Made by a program: the position numbers and the translations under genes
Origin: a virus
Length of the DNA: 47,377 bases
Direction: 5' to 3' (one strand)
IMG/VR virus record: IMGVR_UViG_3300029893_000002
Part shown: in pieces, positions 37,431 to 45,418 of the stretch
Layout of the letters: each line of letters opens with the position of its first letter
How positions within the stretch are numbered: the stretch's first letter is position 1
Notes under the pieces: model-generated
Databases searched by the model: none
What the model saw: only the letters and a program-made list of their open reading frames with translations
What the model was told of the DNA's origin: nothing

Positions 37431-38155
37431 TGAGCCGGTACCACACCATCTACAACCCGTACGTCTTCGCCAACTACGGCCAGCCGCAGCGCCGCCGCGA
37501 GTACGTCTCGCCCGTCGTCTTCCAGACCGGGGCGCCCATGCTGCACTCGGAGCTCGACCAGGACTACTCGTCGCTCGCGCCGGGCGTCGGCCTCATCGGC
37601 AACTACGAGCGCGTCGGGGTGGGATCGGGCGACGGGCTCGAGGGGCTCGGCGCGATCCCGGACGTCACGCTCCCGCGCGACACGGTGGTGCGAGCCTCCG
37701 GTGTGCCGCACAACATCTCGTCGCAGAACGCGTCGTCGGCCGCGAGCCTGGTCAAGCGCCGGCTCGAGAACAAGGGCTGGTACTACGTGAACAAGGTCGG
37801 CTGGGTCGCGGGCGGCAAGATCGACATCCAGCTGCGCCTGAGGGATCCGCGTCACGTGCGCGACGTCCTCGAGAACGTCCGCAACGCGGGCAAGGGCGTC
37901 GAGGGAAGCAAGCGGGCCTACTTCGAGGTGCCGAAGATCGAGTGGTCCTACCCGAAGGGCTACGCGCCGCCCGCGGACGAGGCGACCGAGGATCTGTTCT
38001 CGGAGATGCCCACCGAGGCATCGGACGGCGGCGAGCCCTTCTGGGCGAAGCGGGTCGCGGGCCTTCCGGTGTGGGCCATCGGCCTCGGCAGCGTGGCGCT
38101 CGTCGGGACGGTGGTCGTCGTGGCACTCAAGAAGAAGGGTGGGAGGGCGGCGTGA
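37430..38155 (+). CDS. C-terminally anchored membrane protein
   Basis: TGATG coupling; GLEGLGA; GLPVWAIG...KKK. Confidence 0.78.
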   Translation: MSRYHTIYNPYVFANYGQPQRRREYVSPVVFQTGAPMLHSELDQDYSSLAPGVGLIGNYERVGVGSGDGLEGLGAIPDVTLPRDTVVRASGVPHNISSQNASSAASLVKRRLENKGWYYVNKVGWVAGGKIDIQLRLRDPRHVRDVLENVRNAGKGVEGSKRAYFEVPKIEWSYPKGYAPPADEATEDLFSEMPTEASDGGEPFWAKRVAGLPVWAIGLGSVALVGTVVVVALKKKGGRAA

Positions 38156-39897
38156 GCTACCGCGGCAGAGGCCTCGGCGTGGCACTCAAGCCCGCGAGCA
38201 CGACCGTCATGGCGCGGGGGGCGGTGGCGACGAAGGCGAGCGCGCGCTCGAGCGGCGGCCTTGCGCCCGGCAGCGGTGGTCCCGGGCTCGCGCCAGGGAC
38301 GACGGGCCCGTCGGTGACCGAGTCGGCGGCCGCCTGGACGGGCCGGACCGGACCAACCCTCACCGAGTCGACGCGGCGCGAGGCGACGACGCCCGCCCGG
38401 GCGCCGACCGCGCCTCCGGTCCGGAGCGGCGCCGAGGCCGTCTTCGAGGAGGCCGCCCGGCGCGGCCCATCGGCGCCGGTCATCTACGTCCCGGACGCAT
38501 GCGTCGATGCGCGCCTCGAGCACGCCCCGAGCTACTCGGCGCCTCCGCGTGAGCTGCCGCCCGGGTCGATGGTGGTGTGGGGGGTGCAGCTCCCCGAGGG
38601 GCTGAGCAAGTCGAAGGGCGACGCGATCGCGCGGTTCATCCGGCGCCGACTCAACCCGAAGCTCAAGGAGGTGACGACGCGCACCAACCCCACGGGCATC
38701 GGCAGCTGCAACGAGGACATGCGCAACCGGCCCGTCGAGGCCGCGGTCTCGCACAAGGAGTGCTACCGCGGCCTCCGCGAGGTCCAGAGGGAGACGCCGG
38801 CGCCGCACAAGTGGTTGCGCCGGTCGATCCTCACGCTCTACCGCGCGCGTGGCACGACTGTCGAGTACGTCCCGGACATGCGGCTGCTCGTCGTTCGCGT
38901 GATGATCAAGCACGGCTGGGAGCCGGTGAATCCGGAGAAGCTCAGCGCGGAGTCGGGGGGGATGTCGGGCCGCGAGGTGCCGTTCAGCCTGGGCGCGGGC
39001 GTCGCGCAGGCACCAGGCAGCACGGTCGAAAAGGGTCACCCGCCGCTGGCGAGCTACATCCCGGGCAGCATCAGCGCGGCGCTTCGGGCCGAGGGAATCC
39101 CGGCTTCGGCCGTGACCATCCCGGTGCCGGTGTACGTCCCGGCCGAAGAGCGCGAGGGCCGCGATGTCACGACGCTCACCCGGATCATGGCGCTTCACGC
39201 GACCGACCTCTGGCGCGACTTCGCGGTCGTCATGGGCCGCTGGTTCACGCGCGCGGTCGAGATGCTGCCGCAGATCGCGATCGCCAAGGGTGGCGTGCAG
39301 GGCCGTGAGAAGATCGCCGCGGCGGTCGAGGTCCTCTCGCGCTACGACTCCATCGCCTCTTCGGTCGTCTCGCGTGCCGAGTCGGCCGCCTCGAGCATGT
39401 CGCCCCAGGAGGCGTCGGCGGTGATCGCGTCGCTTCGCTCGGAGCTCAACGAGGCCGAGCGCAAGGTCTCCCGCGGGATGGGCGTCCGGATGGCCGCCTC
39501 CTTCGAGCACGACGCCCAGAACCTCAAGCCGAAGTACGAGCGCTTCGTGCGCACGTACGTGCGGCACCTTCGCACGACCGATCCCGTGCGTCGCCAGTTC
39601 GCCGAGTGCCACGCCATCAAGCTCGCCAACGAGGACATGGCGCGGATGCACGGCGTCTACATGGGCCTCGCGCGCGAGATGGCCGCGCTCGAGGCCGAGC
39701 GGGATCGGCTGGCGAGCAACATCCCTGCGATGCAGGACGCGTTCGCGAGGGCGCGCGCGCGCCTCGACGAGATCGAGGCCTCGCTCGACCTCGGCTGGTA
39801 CGAAAAGAAGGTGGGCGGCCTTCCGGTCTGGGCTTGGGGCCTTCTCGGCGCGGCCGGGGTCGGCGGCGGGATCTGGTACCTCCGGAGGAAGAAGTGA
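38152..39897 (+). CDS. Large C-terminally anchored protein with coiled-coil stalk
   Basis: Starts SYRGRGLG; ends GLPVWAWGLLGAAGVGGGIWYLRRKK. Confidence 0.8.
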   Translation: MSYRGRGLGVALKPASTTVMARGAVATKASARSSGGLAPGSGGPGLAPGTTGPSVTESAAAWTGRTGPTLTESTRREATTPARAPTAPPVRSGAEAVFEEAARRGPSAPVIYVPDACVDARLEHAPSYSAPPRELPPGSMVVWGVQLPEGLSKSKGDAIARFIRRRLNPKLKEVTTRTNPTGIGSCNEDMRNRPVEAAVSHKECYRGLREVQRETPAPHKWLRRSILTLYRARGTTVEYVPDMRLLVVRVMIKHGWEPVNPEKLSAESGGMSGREVPFSLGAGVAQAPGSTVEKGHPPLASYIPGSISAALRAEGIPASAVTIPVPVYVPAEEREGRDVTTLTRIMALHATDLWRDFAVVMGRWFTRAVEMLPQIAIAKGGVQGREKIAAAVEVLSRYDSIASSVVSRAESAASSMSPQEASAVIASLRSELNEAERKVSRGMGVRMAASFEHDAQNLKPKYERFVRTYVRHLRTTDPVRRQFAECHAIKLANEDMARMHGVYMGLAREMAALEAERDRLASNIPAMQDAFARARARLDEIEASLDLGWYEKKVGGLPVWAWGLLGAAGVGGGIWYLRRKK

Positions 39898-40283
39898 GCT
39901 ACGCCCTCGGCCGGACCTATCTCACCGCCGAACAGGTGCGCGCCGGGACAGCCTCGCGTGCCGAGGCCGATCGCGCATTCGATCTGGCGCGGCTCTGGTG
40001 TCCGGAGAAGGTCGGCGAGATGAAGAAGCCGACCACGGTGCGACGGCTTCTCATCCAGAGCCCGAGCCAGTGCAGCCCCGACAAGGCGCCCTGCGTCCGC
40101 TACGAGCCGGTGGCGCTCAATGCCGAGCGCTGGCTCGCCGAGCACTACAACTGCTACCCGCCCGAGGCCGCCCCGGACGAGTCCTGGTGGACGAGCGAGA
40201 TGGCGGGCGTTCCGATGTGGGGCTGGGTCGCCGGCGCCGTCGTGCTCGTCGGCGGGGCGGCGGTCTGGGCGATGACGAGGTGA
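39894..40283 (+). CDS. C-terminally anchored Cys-containing protein
   Basis: Starts SYALG; ends GVPMWGWV...TR. Confidence 0.75.
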   Translation: MSYALGRTYLTAEQVRAGTASRAEADRAFDLARLWCPEKVGEMKKPTTVRRLLIQSPSQCSPDKAPCVRYEPVALNAERWLAEHYNCYPPEAAPDESWWTSEMAGVPMWGWVAGAVVLVGGAAVWAMTR

Positions 40284-40286
40284 GCC

Positions 40287-40781
40287 ATGTACGCGGTTCT
40301 TGGAGCAACGGCGATCGAGTCCCCCCCGAATCCGTTTCGGGGCGGCATCACGTGGCGAGGCGGAGCTCGGCGCGGCGCCGTCACGTGGGCGCCCCGCCTG
40401 GGTGACGCGGACGACGATGCGGCGCGCGAGCGAGCGCGCCAGCTGTACGACAAGGCGACGCGCGCGTTCAACGCGGGCCAGTACGAGACGGCCGCCAGGT
40501 ACTACAACCAGGCCTACAACACGCGCAACCACCCCGACGTGCTCATCGCGCTCGGCGAGGCCGAGATGCGCGCCGGCAACCTCACGTCGGCCGAGGTGGC
40601 GTTCGAGATGTACCTGCGCGACGCGCCCGACGGCGCCCGGCGTGAGCAGGCGCGAAAGCGCCTTGCCGAGATCCGCAAGCGCCTCGGTCCGGTTGGGCCG
40701 GGGCCGGCGGCCTACGTGCTGCTCGGTCTCGGAGCCCTGGGGCTCGGGTACGTGGGGTACAATGCGCTGAGGTCTCGATGA
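40287..40781 (+). CDS. TPR-repeat protein with C-terminal TM
   Basis: LYDKATRAFNAGQYETAARYYNQAY...ALGEAEMRAGNLTSAEVAFEMYL. Confidence 0.78.
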   Translation: MYAVLGATAIESPPNPFRGGITWRGGARRGAVTWAPRLGDADDDAARERARQLYDKATRAFNAGQYETAARYYNQAYNTRNHPDVLIALGEAEMRAGNLTSAEVAFEMYLRDAPDGARREQARKRLAEIRKRLGPVGPGPAAYVLLGLGALGLGYVGYNALRSR

Positions 40782-41449
40782 GCCAGCAGGACTACGATCC
40801 CTACCAGATCGACTACGGGTACGACCCGTCGATGGGCAACTACTACCCGGTGGACCTGGCGCCGGTCGATCCGCACGCTATGGGCGAGAGCGCGGCCGAT
40901 CCCTCGCAGGTGCCGGGCACCGCCCCGGCCCAGGTGGTGCCCCATCCCCAGGCACCCCAGGGCCCGGTCGCGCCGGGCTGGCTCAAGGTGCGCAAGCTCG
41001 GCATCCCGTACTGGGCGTGGATCTTGGGGCTCGGGGCCGCCGGCTACTACCTCTACCATCGCCACCAGAAGAAGAAGCTCGAGGCGAACGACGACGAGAC
41101 GCCGAGGCTCGGTTCGGGCGACGACTGGGCGCCGAGCCGGAGCCGGTTCGCATCGAACCTCGAGCGCTACCTCTCGGAGAAGAAGGCGCGGGCCAAGGTC
41201 TTTCACGACGCCGACGACGCGAAGAAGGCCGGGGTAAAGAACCCCTCGCCGCTCGTCAACGTCAAGGTCTCGCGCGCCTCGAAGCTCCACGAGGACAAGT
41301 CGTTCCGGGAGCTCGCCGCGAGCGAGGGGCTCGAGCCCGTGCGCCTCGACGAGACGACCGTTGGCCTCGTGCCGGCCAAGAACGGCGATCGCGGCCGCGA
41401 GTGGGAGAAGTACATCGACGCCCTGCGTGACGAGGGCCAGGAGGTCTGA
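40778..41449 (+). CDS. Membrane protein with central GIPYWAW anchor
   Basis: GIPYWAWILGLGAAGYYLYHRHQKKK. Confidence 0.78.
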   Translation: MSQQDYDPYQIDYGYDPSMGNYYPVDLAPVDPHAMGESAADPSQVPGTAPAQVVPHPQAPQGPVAPGWLKVRKLGIPYWAWILGLGAAGYYLYHRHQKKKLEANDDETPRLGSGDDWAPSRSRFASNLERYLSEKKARAKVFHDADDAKKAGVKNPSPLVNVKVSRASKLHEDKSFRELAASEGLEPVRLDETTVGLVPAKNGDRGREWEKYIDALRDEGQEV

Positions 41450-41452
41450 CCG

Positions 41453-41677
41453 ATGAGCTATCGACTGGGAACGACGCAGGAGGCCGCGAACACGAACGGC
41501 AACGCCACCGCGAGCGCCGACGGTCAGAAGCCGCCCACCGAGCCGTCGCCCGAGGACAAGCCTGGCCTCGTCGAGCGGGCCAAGGAGCAGCTCACCGAGC
41601 GCGGACCGCTCGGCGTCCCGTACTGGGGCTGGGGGCTCGGCGTGGGCGTCCTGCTCTGGGCGATGATGAGGAGGTAG
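41453..41677 (+). CDS. Small C-terminally anchored protein
   Basis: Starts MSYRLG; ends GVPYWGWG...RR. Confidence 0.75.
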   Translation: MSYRLGTTQEAANTNGNATASADGQKPPTEPSPEDKPGLVERAKEQLTERGPLGVPYWGWGLGVGVLLWAMMRR

Positions 41678-41679
41678 GG

Positions 41680-42153
41680 ATGGGCTACTCGATGGGCGCC
41701 GATCCGGCCGGATCGGATCTTCCGACGGTCAACATCACGGTCCGCGCGCTCCAGCGCGAGCTCGTGCGCGCCGGCTTCGACATCGGCCGCTCGGGCGTCG
41801 ATGGTCTCTGGGGTCCCGCGACCAAGGGTGCGCTCGACAGGGCGCTCGCCCGCACGGGGCTCACCGGTGGCGCCTGGCGCTACTCGGCGAGCCGGGACCG
41901 GGTCACTCTGACGGCGGCCGCCTGGTCGGCCATCGGCAGGCTGCCGGCGGGGGCCGGTGGCGAGCGGCAGTCGAGGACGCGCCGACCGTCGTCGCCCTCG
42001 TCGCCCCCCGCCACCGAGGACTTCACGGTGCCGGTGGCGAGCCAGCGGGCCGGGATGCTGGGCGGCGTGCCGCTCTGGGCGTGGGGGCTGCTCGGCGCCG
42101 CGGGCGTCGGGGTCTGGCTCTACACCCGCAAGCCCCGACGGGCGGCCGCCTAA
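41680..42153 (+). CDS. Peptidoglycan-binding domain protein with C-terminal anchor
   Basis: VRALQRELVRAGFD...VDGLWGPATKGAL (PG_binding_1 pattern); GVPLWAWG anchor. Confidence 0.8.
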   Translation: MGYSMGADPAGSDLPTVNITVRALQRELVRAGFDIGRSGVDGLWGPATKGALDRALARTGLTGGAWRYSASRDRVTLTAAAWSAIGRLPAGAGGERQSRTRRPSSPSSPPATEDFTVPVASQRAGMLGGVPLWAWGLLGAAGVGVWLYTRKPRRAAA

Positions 42154-42171
42154 GACGGCCGAGGAGGATCG

Positions 42172-43005
42172 ATGGCGTACCAGCGGATCTTGCAGCCCGG
42201 GCCGCCCGGCTCGGGGGGATCGAGCTCGCCCGCGCCAGTGAGCTCGACGGCGTGGGCGGCGGCGAACGCGGCGGCGAACGCCATCGGCCTCATGATGGAG
42301 GATCGGTTCCTCGACGACGTCGAGTACGACCACGGGAGGTACGTCGCCGCGATGCGTCGGGCTGCGAGCACCGCGCAGCAGCTACGACAGCGCGTGGGAG
42401 AGGCGATCGGCTCGTCCCGGCTCCAGATGCCCGCTGCCGACGCGCAGCAGATCGTGCTCGGATCGCTGATGCAGGCCAAGAAGATGGTCGCCGCCCTGCG
42501 CGTGCTCGCCTACTCCGACAGTTCGCAGGCGCGCGCGCTCGAGCGGCGCGCGGCGCAAGTCCTCCCGCAGCACCTGCAGGCGACCAACCGATTCCTCCAG
42601 CAGGCGAAGCGCGCCGCCTCGTCCTCCTCCGGCACCTCCGGCATCGGCTTTCTGATGGCGGCGGCGCTCGTCGCGCTCGGGGTCTATCTGATCGTCGATC
42701 TCGCCACGACGACCGAAACGGTGGGAGAGCTCAACGAGGCGCTCCGGACCTGCATCGAGGCCGGCTGCACCCCAGCCGAACGACAGGTGATCATCGACGA
42801 GTGGAAGCGCCGGAGGGAGGCACTCGACCAGCAGGAGAAGGAATCCGGGTGCGGTCCCTTCGAGTTTCTGTGCGGCGCGGCCGGCGACGTCATTCGCTGG
42901 GTGGCGCTCGGGGGCGCGGTGCTCGTCGGTGGCTACCTTCTGTGGGTGACCTGGCCTGCCCTTGCGGGCGGCGGACGGGCCATCCGGGCGAAGCTCAAGA
43001 GGTAG
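42172..43005 (+). CDS. Helical membrane protein with two hydrophobic segments
   Basis: SGIG precedes the first TM; C-terminal TM and basic tail. Confidence 0.75.
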   Translation: MAYQRILQPGPPGSGGSSSPAPVSSTAWAAANAAANAIGLMMEDRFLDDVEYDHGRYVAAMRRAASTAQQLRQRVGEAIGSSRLQMPAADAQQIVLGSLMQAKKMVAALRVLAYSDSSQARALERRAAQVLPQHLQATNRFLQQAKRAASSSSGTSGIGFLMAAALVALGVYLIVDLATTTETVGELNEALRTCIEAGCTPAERQVIIDEWKRRREALDQQEKESGCGPFEFLCGAAGDVIRWVALGGAVLVGGYLLWVTWPALAGGGRAIRAKLKR

Positions 43006-43008
43006 AAG

Positions 43009-43431
43009 ATGGCGCTCTACTCGGTGTGGGACTGGAACCGCAACGTCTACCGCGTCTACGCGGACAGGCGACCGGTCTCGGTCGGCGACGACCCGGATCC
43101 GCCCCGGCCTGGGCGCGTCCACATCCTCGGGGCGGTTCCCGACGAGCATGTCAAGCGCCTTCCGAAGGGGGCGCGGTTCGTCTCGTACTCACACGCGCCG
43201 AGGGGCGAGATCGTGCGCCATCCGGCGGTGAGCGGGAAGGCGATGGGGGGCCTCGGCGCGCTCGCCGATCGGCACTCGGGCATCGTCGAGGGGGCGCTCG
43301 TAGGCGCGGGCGTGGCGGTCCTGCTCGGCTACCCGCTCCAGATCAGGCGCGACTGGCGGGCCCAGTCGGTGTTCCGCGACGCGGCGCTCGGCGCCGGCAT
43401 CGGGGTTCTCTACGGCCTGATCATCGGATGA
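43009..43431 (+). CDS. Membrane protein
   Basis: MALYSVWDW...; MGGLGA; two C-terminal hydrophobic helices. Confidence 0.75.
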   Translation: MALYSVWDWNRNVYRVYADRRPVSVGDDPDPPRPGRVHILGAVPDEHVKRLPKGARFVSYSHAPRGEIVRHPAVSGKAMGGLGALADRHSGIVEGALVGAGVAVLLGYPLQIRRDWRAQSVFRDAALGAGIGVLYGLIIG

Positions 43432-44153
43432 GCCAGATCGTCGAAAGAATGGAGCGACTCGAGGCCGAAAGGGCGCGCCTCAAGGAGAAGCGCCGAGAGC
43501 GGATGTACGAGCTGCTCGAGGCGGACGAGCACGAGCGCTGGCTCGAGGAGCGCAAGGAGTTCGACCGGGAGATCGCCGCCCTCGAGAGCGAGATCGTTCG
43601 CCTGGGCCACGAGCACCGATCGATGCGTCGAAACCCGGCGATGACGGCACGTTTCGGCAAGGAGGTCGCTCCGCCGTCGAGTCTTTCCAAGGCCGAGCGC
43701 ATCTACCGCACCTTTCACCAGAAGGACCCGCGGCGCGTCGTCCAGCTGAACCACCGGATCCCCACGAAGGTCGGCAAAGCGGGCGAGCTCATCAGCGTCT
43801 CGTACCGGACCGACAAGTGGCACGACGACGGCCACGACGTCGACTACAAGCACGTCGACGACCCCGGCGTCTTCGTCTACGAGCCCTGGGGCGCGCAGAG
43901 CTGGCTCGAGGAAGCGAAGCTGCCGCGGCGGCCGCCGAGCGAGAACGAGGGACTCGCTCTTCTCGGCAAGCACCTCGGCTACTACATTCGTCGCGTCGGC
44001 GACGGCGAAGTGCTCGAGGCGACGCCGCGCAACACCTACCTGTTCTGCGCGCCGGACGGCAAGATGCTGTTCGTCTACCACCCAAAGAGAGGGTTTCTCG
44101 CCATCATGGCGGGCGGTAGGCTGTCGGTCCGCGCCGAGGGGATCGACGGCTGA
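43428..44153 (+). CDS. Hypothetical protein: coiled coil - MRRNP - globular domain
   Basis: ATGA coupling; YRTFH, YRTDK...YKH, GGRLSVRAEGIDG. Confidence 0.75.
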   Translation: MSQIVERMERLEAERARLKEKRRERMYELLEADEHERWLEERKEFDREIAALESEIVRLGHEHRSMRRNPAMTARFGKEVAPPSSLSKAERIYRTFHQKDPRRVVQLNHRIPTKVGKAGELISVSYRTDKWHDDGHDVDYKHVDDPGVFVYEPWGAQSWLEEAKLPRRPPSENEGLALLGKHLGYYIRRVGDGEVLEATPRNTYLFCAPDGKMLFVYHPKRGFLAIMAGGRLSVRAEGIDG

Positions 44154-44162
44154 GGAGGACGG

Positions 44163-44342
44163 ATGGCGTACACGCGACCCAAGATCAGGATCCCCGTGCC
44201 CGTCCGCCGTCCCTTCGGCCTCGGCGACGTCGTCCACGGCGCGACGAAGCTCGTCGGCATCCAGCCCTGCCAGCCCTGCCAGCGCCGCCGCCGCAAGCTG
44301 AACCAGCTGGTCGGCTTCGGGCCGCCTCGCTGGAGGAGGTGA
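44163..44342 (+). CDS. Small basic protein (59 aa, not in the ORF track)
   Basis: GAGGAGG RBS; FGLGDVV...GIQPCQPCQRRRRKLN. Confidence 0.7.
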   Translation: MAYTRPKIRIPVPVRRPFGLGDVVHGATKLVGIQPCQPCQRRRRKLNQLVGFGPPRWRR

Positions 44343-44345
44343 TTC

Positions 44346-44588
44346 GTGGTCAGCCTCATCATCGAATACGACGGTGGGCCGGGGGACGAGACCGAGGTGG
44401 CGATCTGGGACCTTGTCGGTCGCGGACCGGACGGCGCGGGTACGATGCTCGAGACGGGCCGGCGCGACCTCGAGTACGCGTTCCGGACGTTTCCCGACGC
44501 CGATCGAGCAGCGAAGCGGGTTGCCCGTCTTCTTCGCGAGTTGCCCGGCATCGACCCGTACGTCTACGTCCGCAAGATCTACGAGTAG
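44346..44588 (+). CDS. Hypothetical protein
   Basis: GGAGGAGG RBS. Confidence 0.65.
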   Translation: MVSLIIEYDGGPGDETEVAIWDLVGRGPDGAGTMLETGRRDLEYAFRTFPDADRAAKRVARLLRELPGIDPYVYVRKIYE

Positions 44589-44726
44589 CGCCGTGGGAAT
44601 TCGCAACGCGCCTCATGAGTGGGACGAGGGAGTCTGCCGCTGGTGCGGCGCTCGAGCCAACTGGCCGCTCGCCAAGCGCCCGTGCCCCATCGGGATCGAC
44701 ATGCGCTCCGGCGGCCCGGGCCGCGA

Positions 44727-45044
44727 CTACTCGAGCGAGATGAGCCCGGACGAGGCCATGTCGGCGATGGCCTCGACGGCCGCGGCCTCGAACGATTCGT
44801 AGCTGCGCCCGATGCACCACCACGTCTTTCGCGAGTTGCGGTGCTCGGTGTCGGAAACTGCGATCTGACGGAACACGATCACGCGAAAGGGCTTGAGGAG
44901 CGCCTCCGGATCTTCGGTGTACTCGCGGCAGTACCGGAGCTCGTCCTCGTCGGGACGAATGCGATCGTGAAGGAAGTTGACGTGCCGCGCCTCGTCGACG
45001 GCGCAGGCCGACTGCCAGGTCAAGAGCCTGTCGATCGCATTCAT
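44727..45044 (-). CDS. Hypothetical protein
   Basis: ATGA coupling to the upstream membrane gene. Confidence 0.5.
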   Translation of the reverse strand: MNAIDRLLTWQSACAVDEARHVNFLHDRIRPDEDELRYCREYTEDPEALLKPFRVIVFRQIAVSDTEHRNSRKTWWCIGRSYESFEAAAVEAIADMASSGLISLE

Positions 45045-45268
45045 TCGATCCCCCGCGCCTCGTTGATGGCTCGCTGGACGATGAGGTAGTTGCGCCCGTT
45101 GTAGAAGACGGTGCCGATGCCGAGTGCCACGAGCAGGGCTCCGGCAAACCGGCGCCGGCGCCCGAGCGCGACGCCGCCCCAGACCATGAGCGGGCCGATC
45201 AGGACGACGTCGGCGGCGCGCACCCACTGCGCCTTGACGGCGCGGTCGATGTCGAGCGCGGAAGGCAC
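45041..45268 (-). CDS. Small two-TM membrane protein
   Basis: QWVRAADVVLIGPLMVWGG...GTVFYNGRNY; GTG 6 nt after CATACT. Confidence 0.6.
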   Translation of the reverse strand: MPSALDIDRAVKAQWVRAADVVLIGPLMVWGGVALGRRRRFAGALLVALGIGTVFYNGRNYLIVQRAINEARGIE

Positions 45269-45418
45269 CTCGCCAGTATGGCAGAGCCGCCGAGGTCCTG
45301 GCGGGCGATTTTCCTCTTGACGGTCCCTGATGGAGGACCGTACCCTCCTAGTCGAAGGTCGTAGGGCCGCGCTCAGTCCGCGAACCGCTACGCACGACCG
45401 AGAGGGTGACGTGCGTAC

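Noticed and set aside
35648-38155. 835-aa ORF as a single gene (likewise the long 5' extensions of 13570, 14259, 34231, 37942 and 42081)
   Set aside because: The upstream parts are off-frame overlaps of neighbouring genes; true starts are marked by ATGA/GTGA/TGATG coupling.
44593-44802. Small plus-strand ORF (HEW...CRWCG...C)
   Set aside because: Plausible Zn-binding peptide, but it overlaps the convergent 44727-45044 ORF by about 75 bp and I cannot decide between them, so it is not listed.
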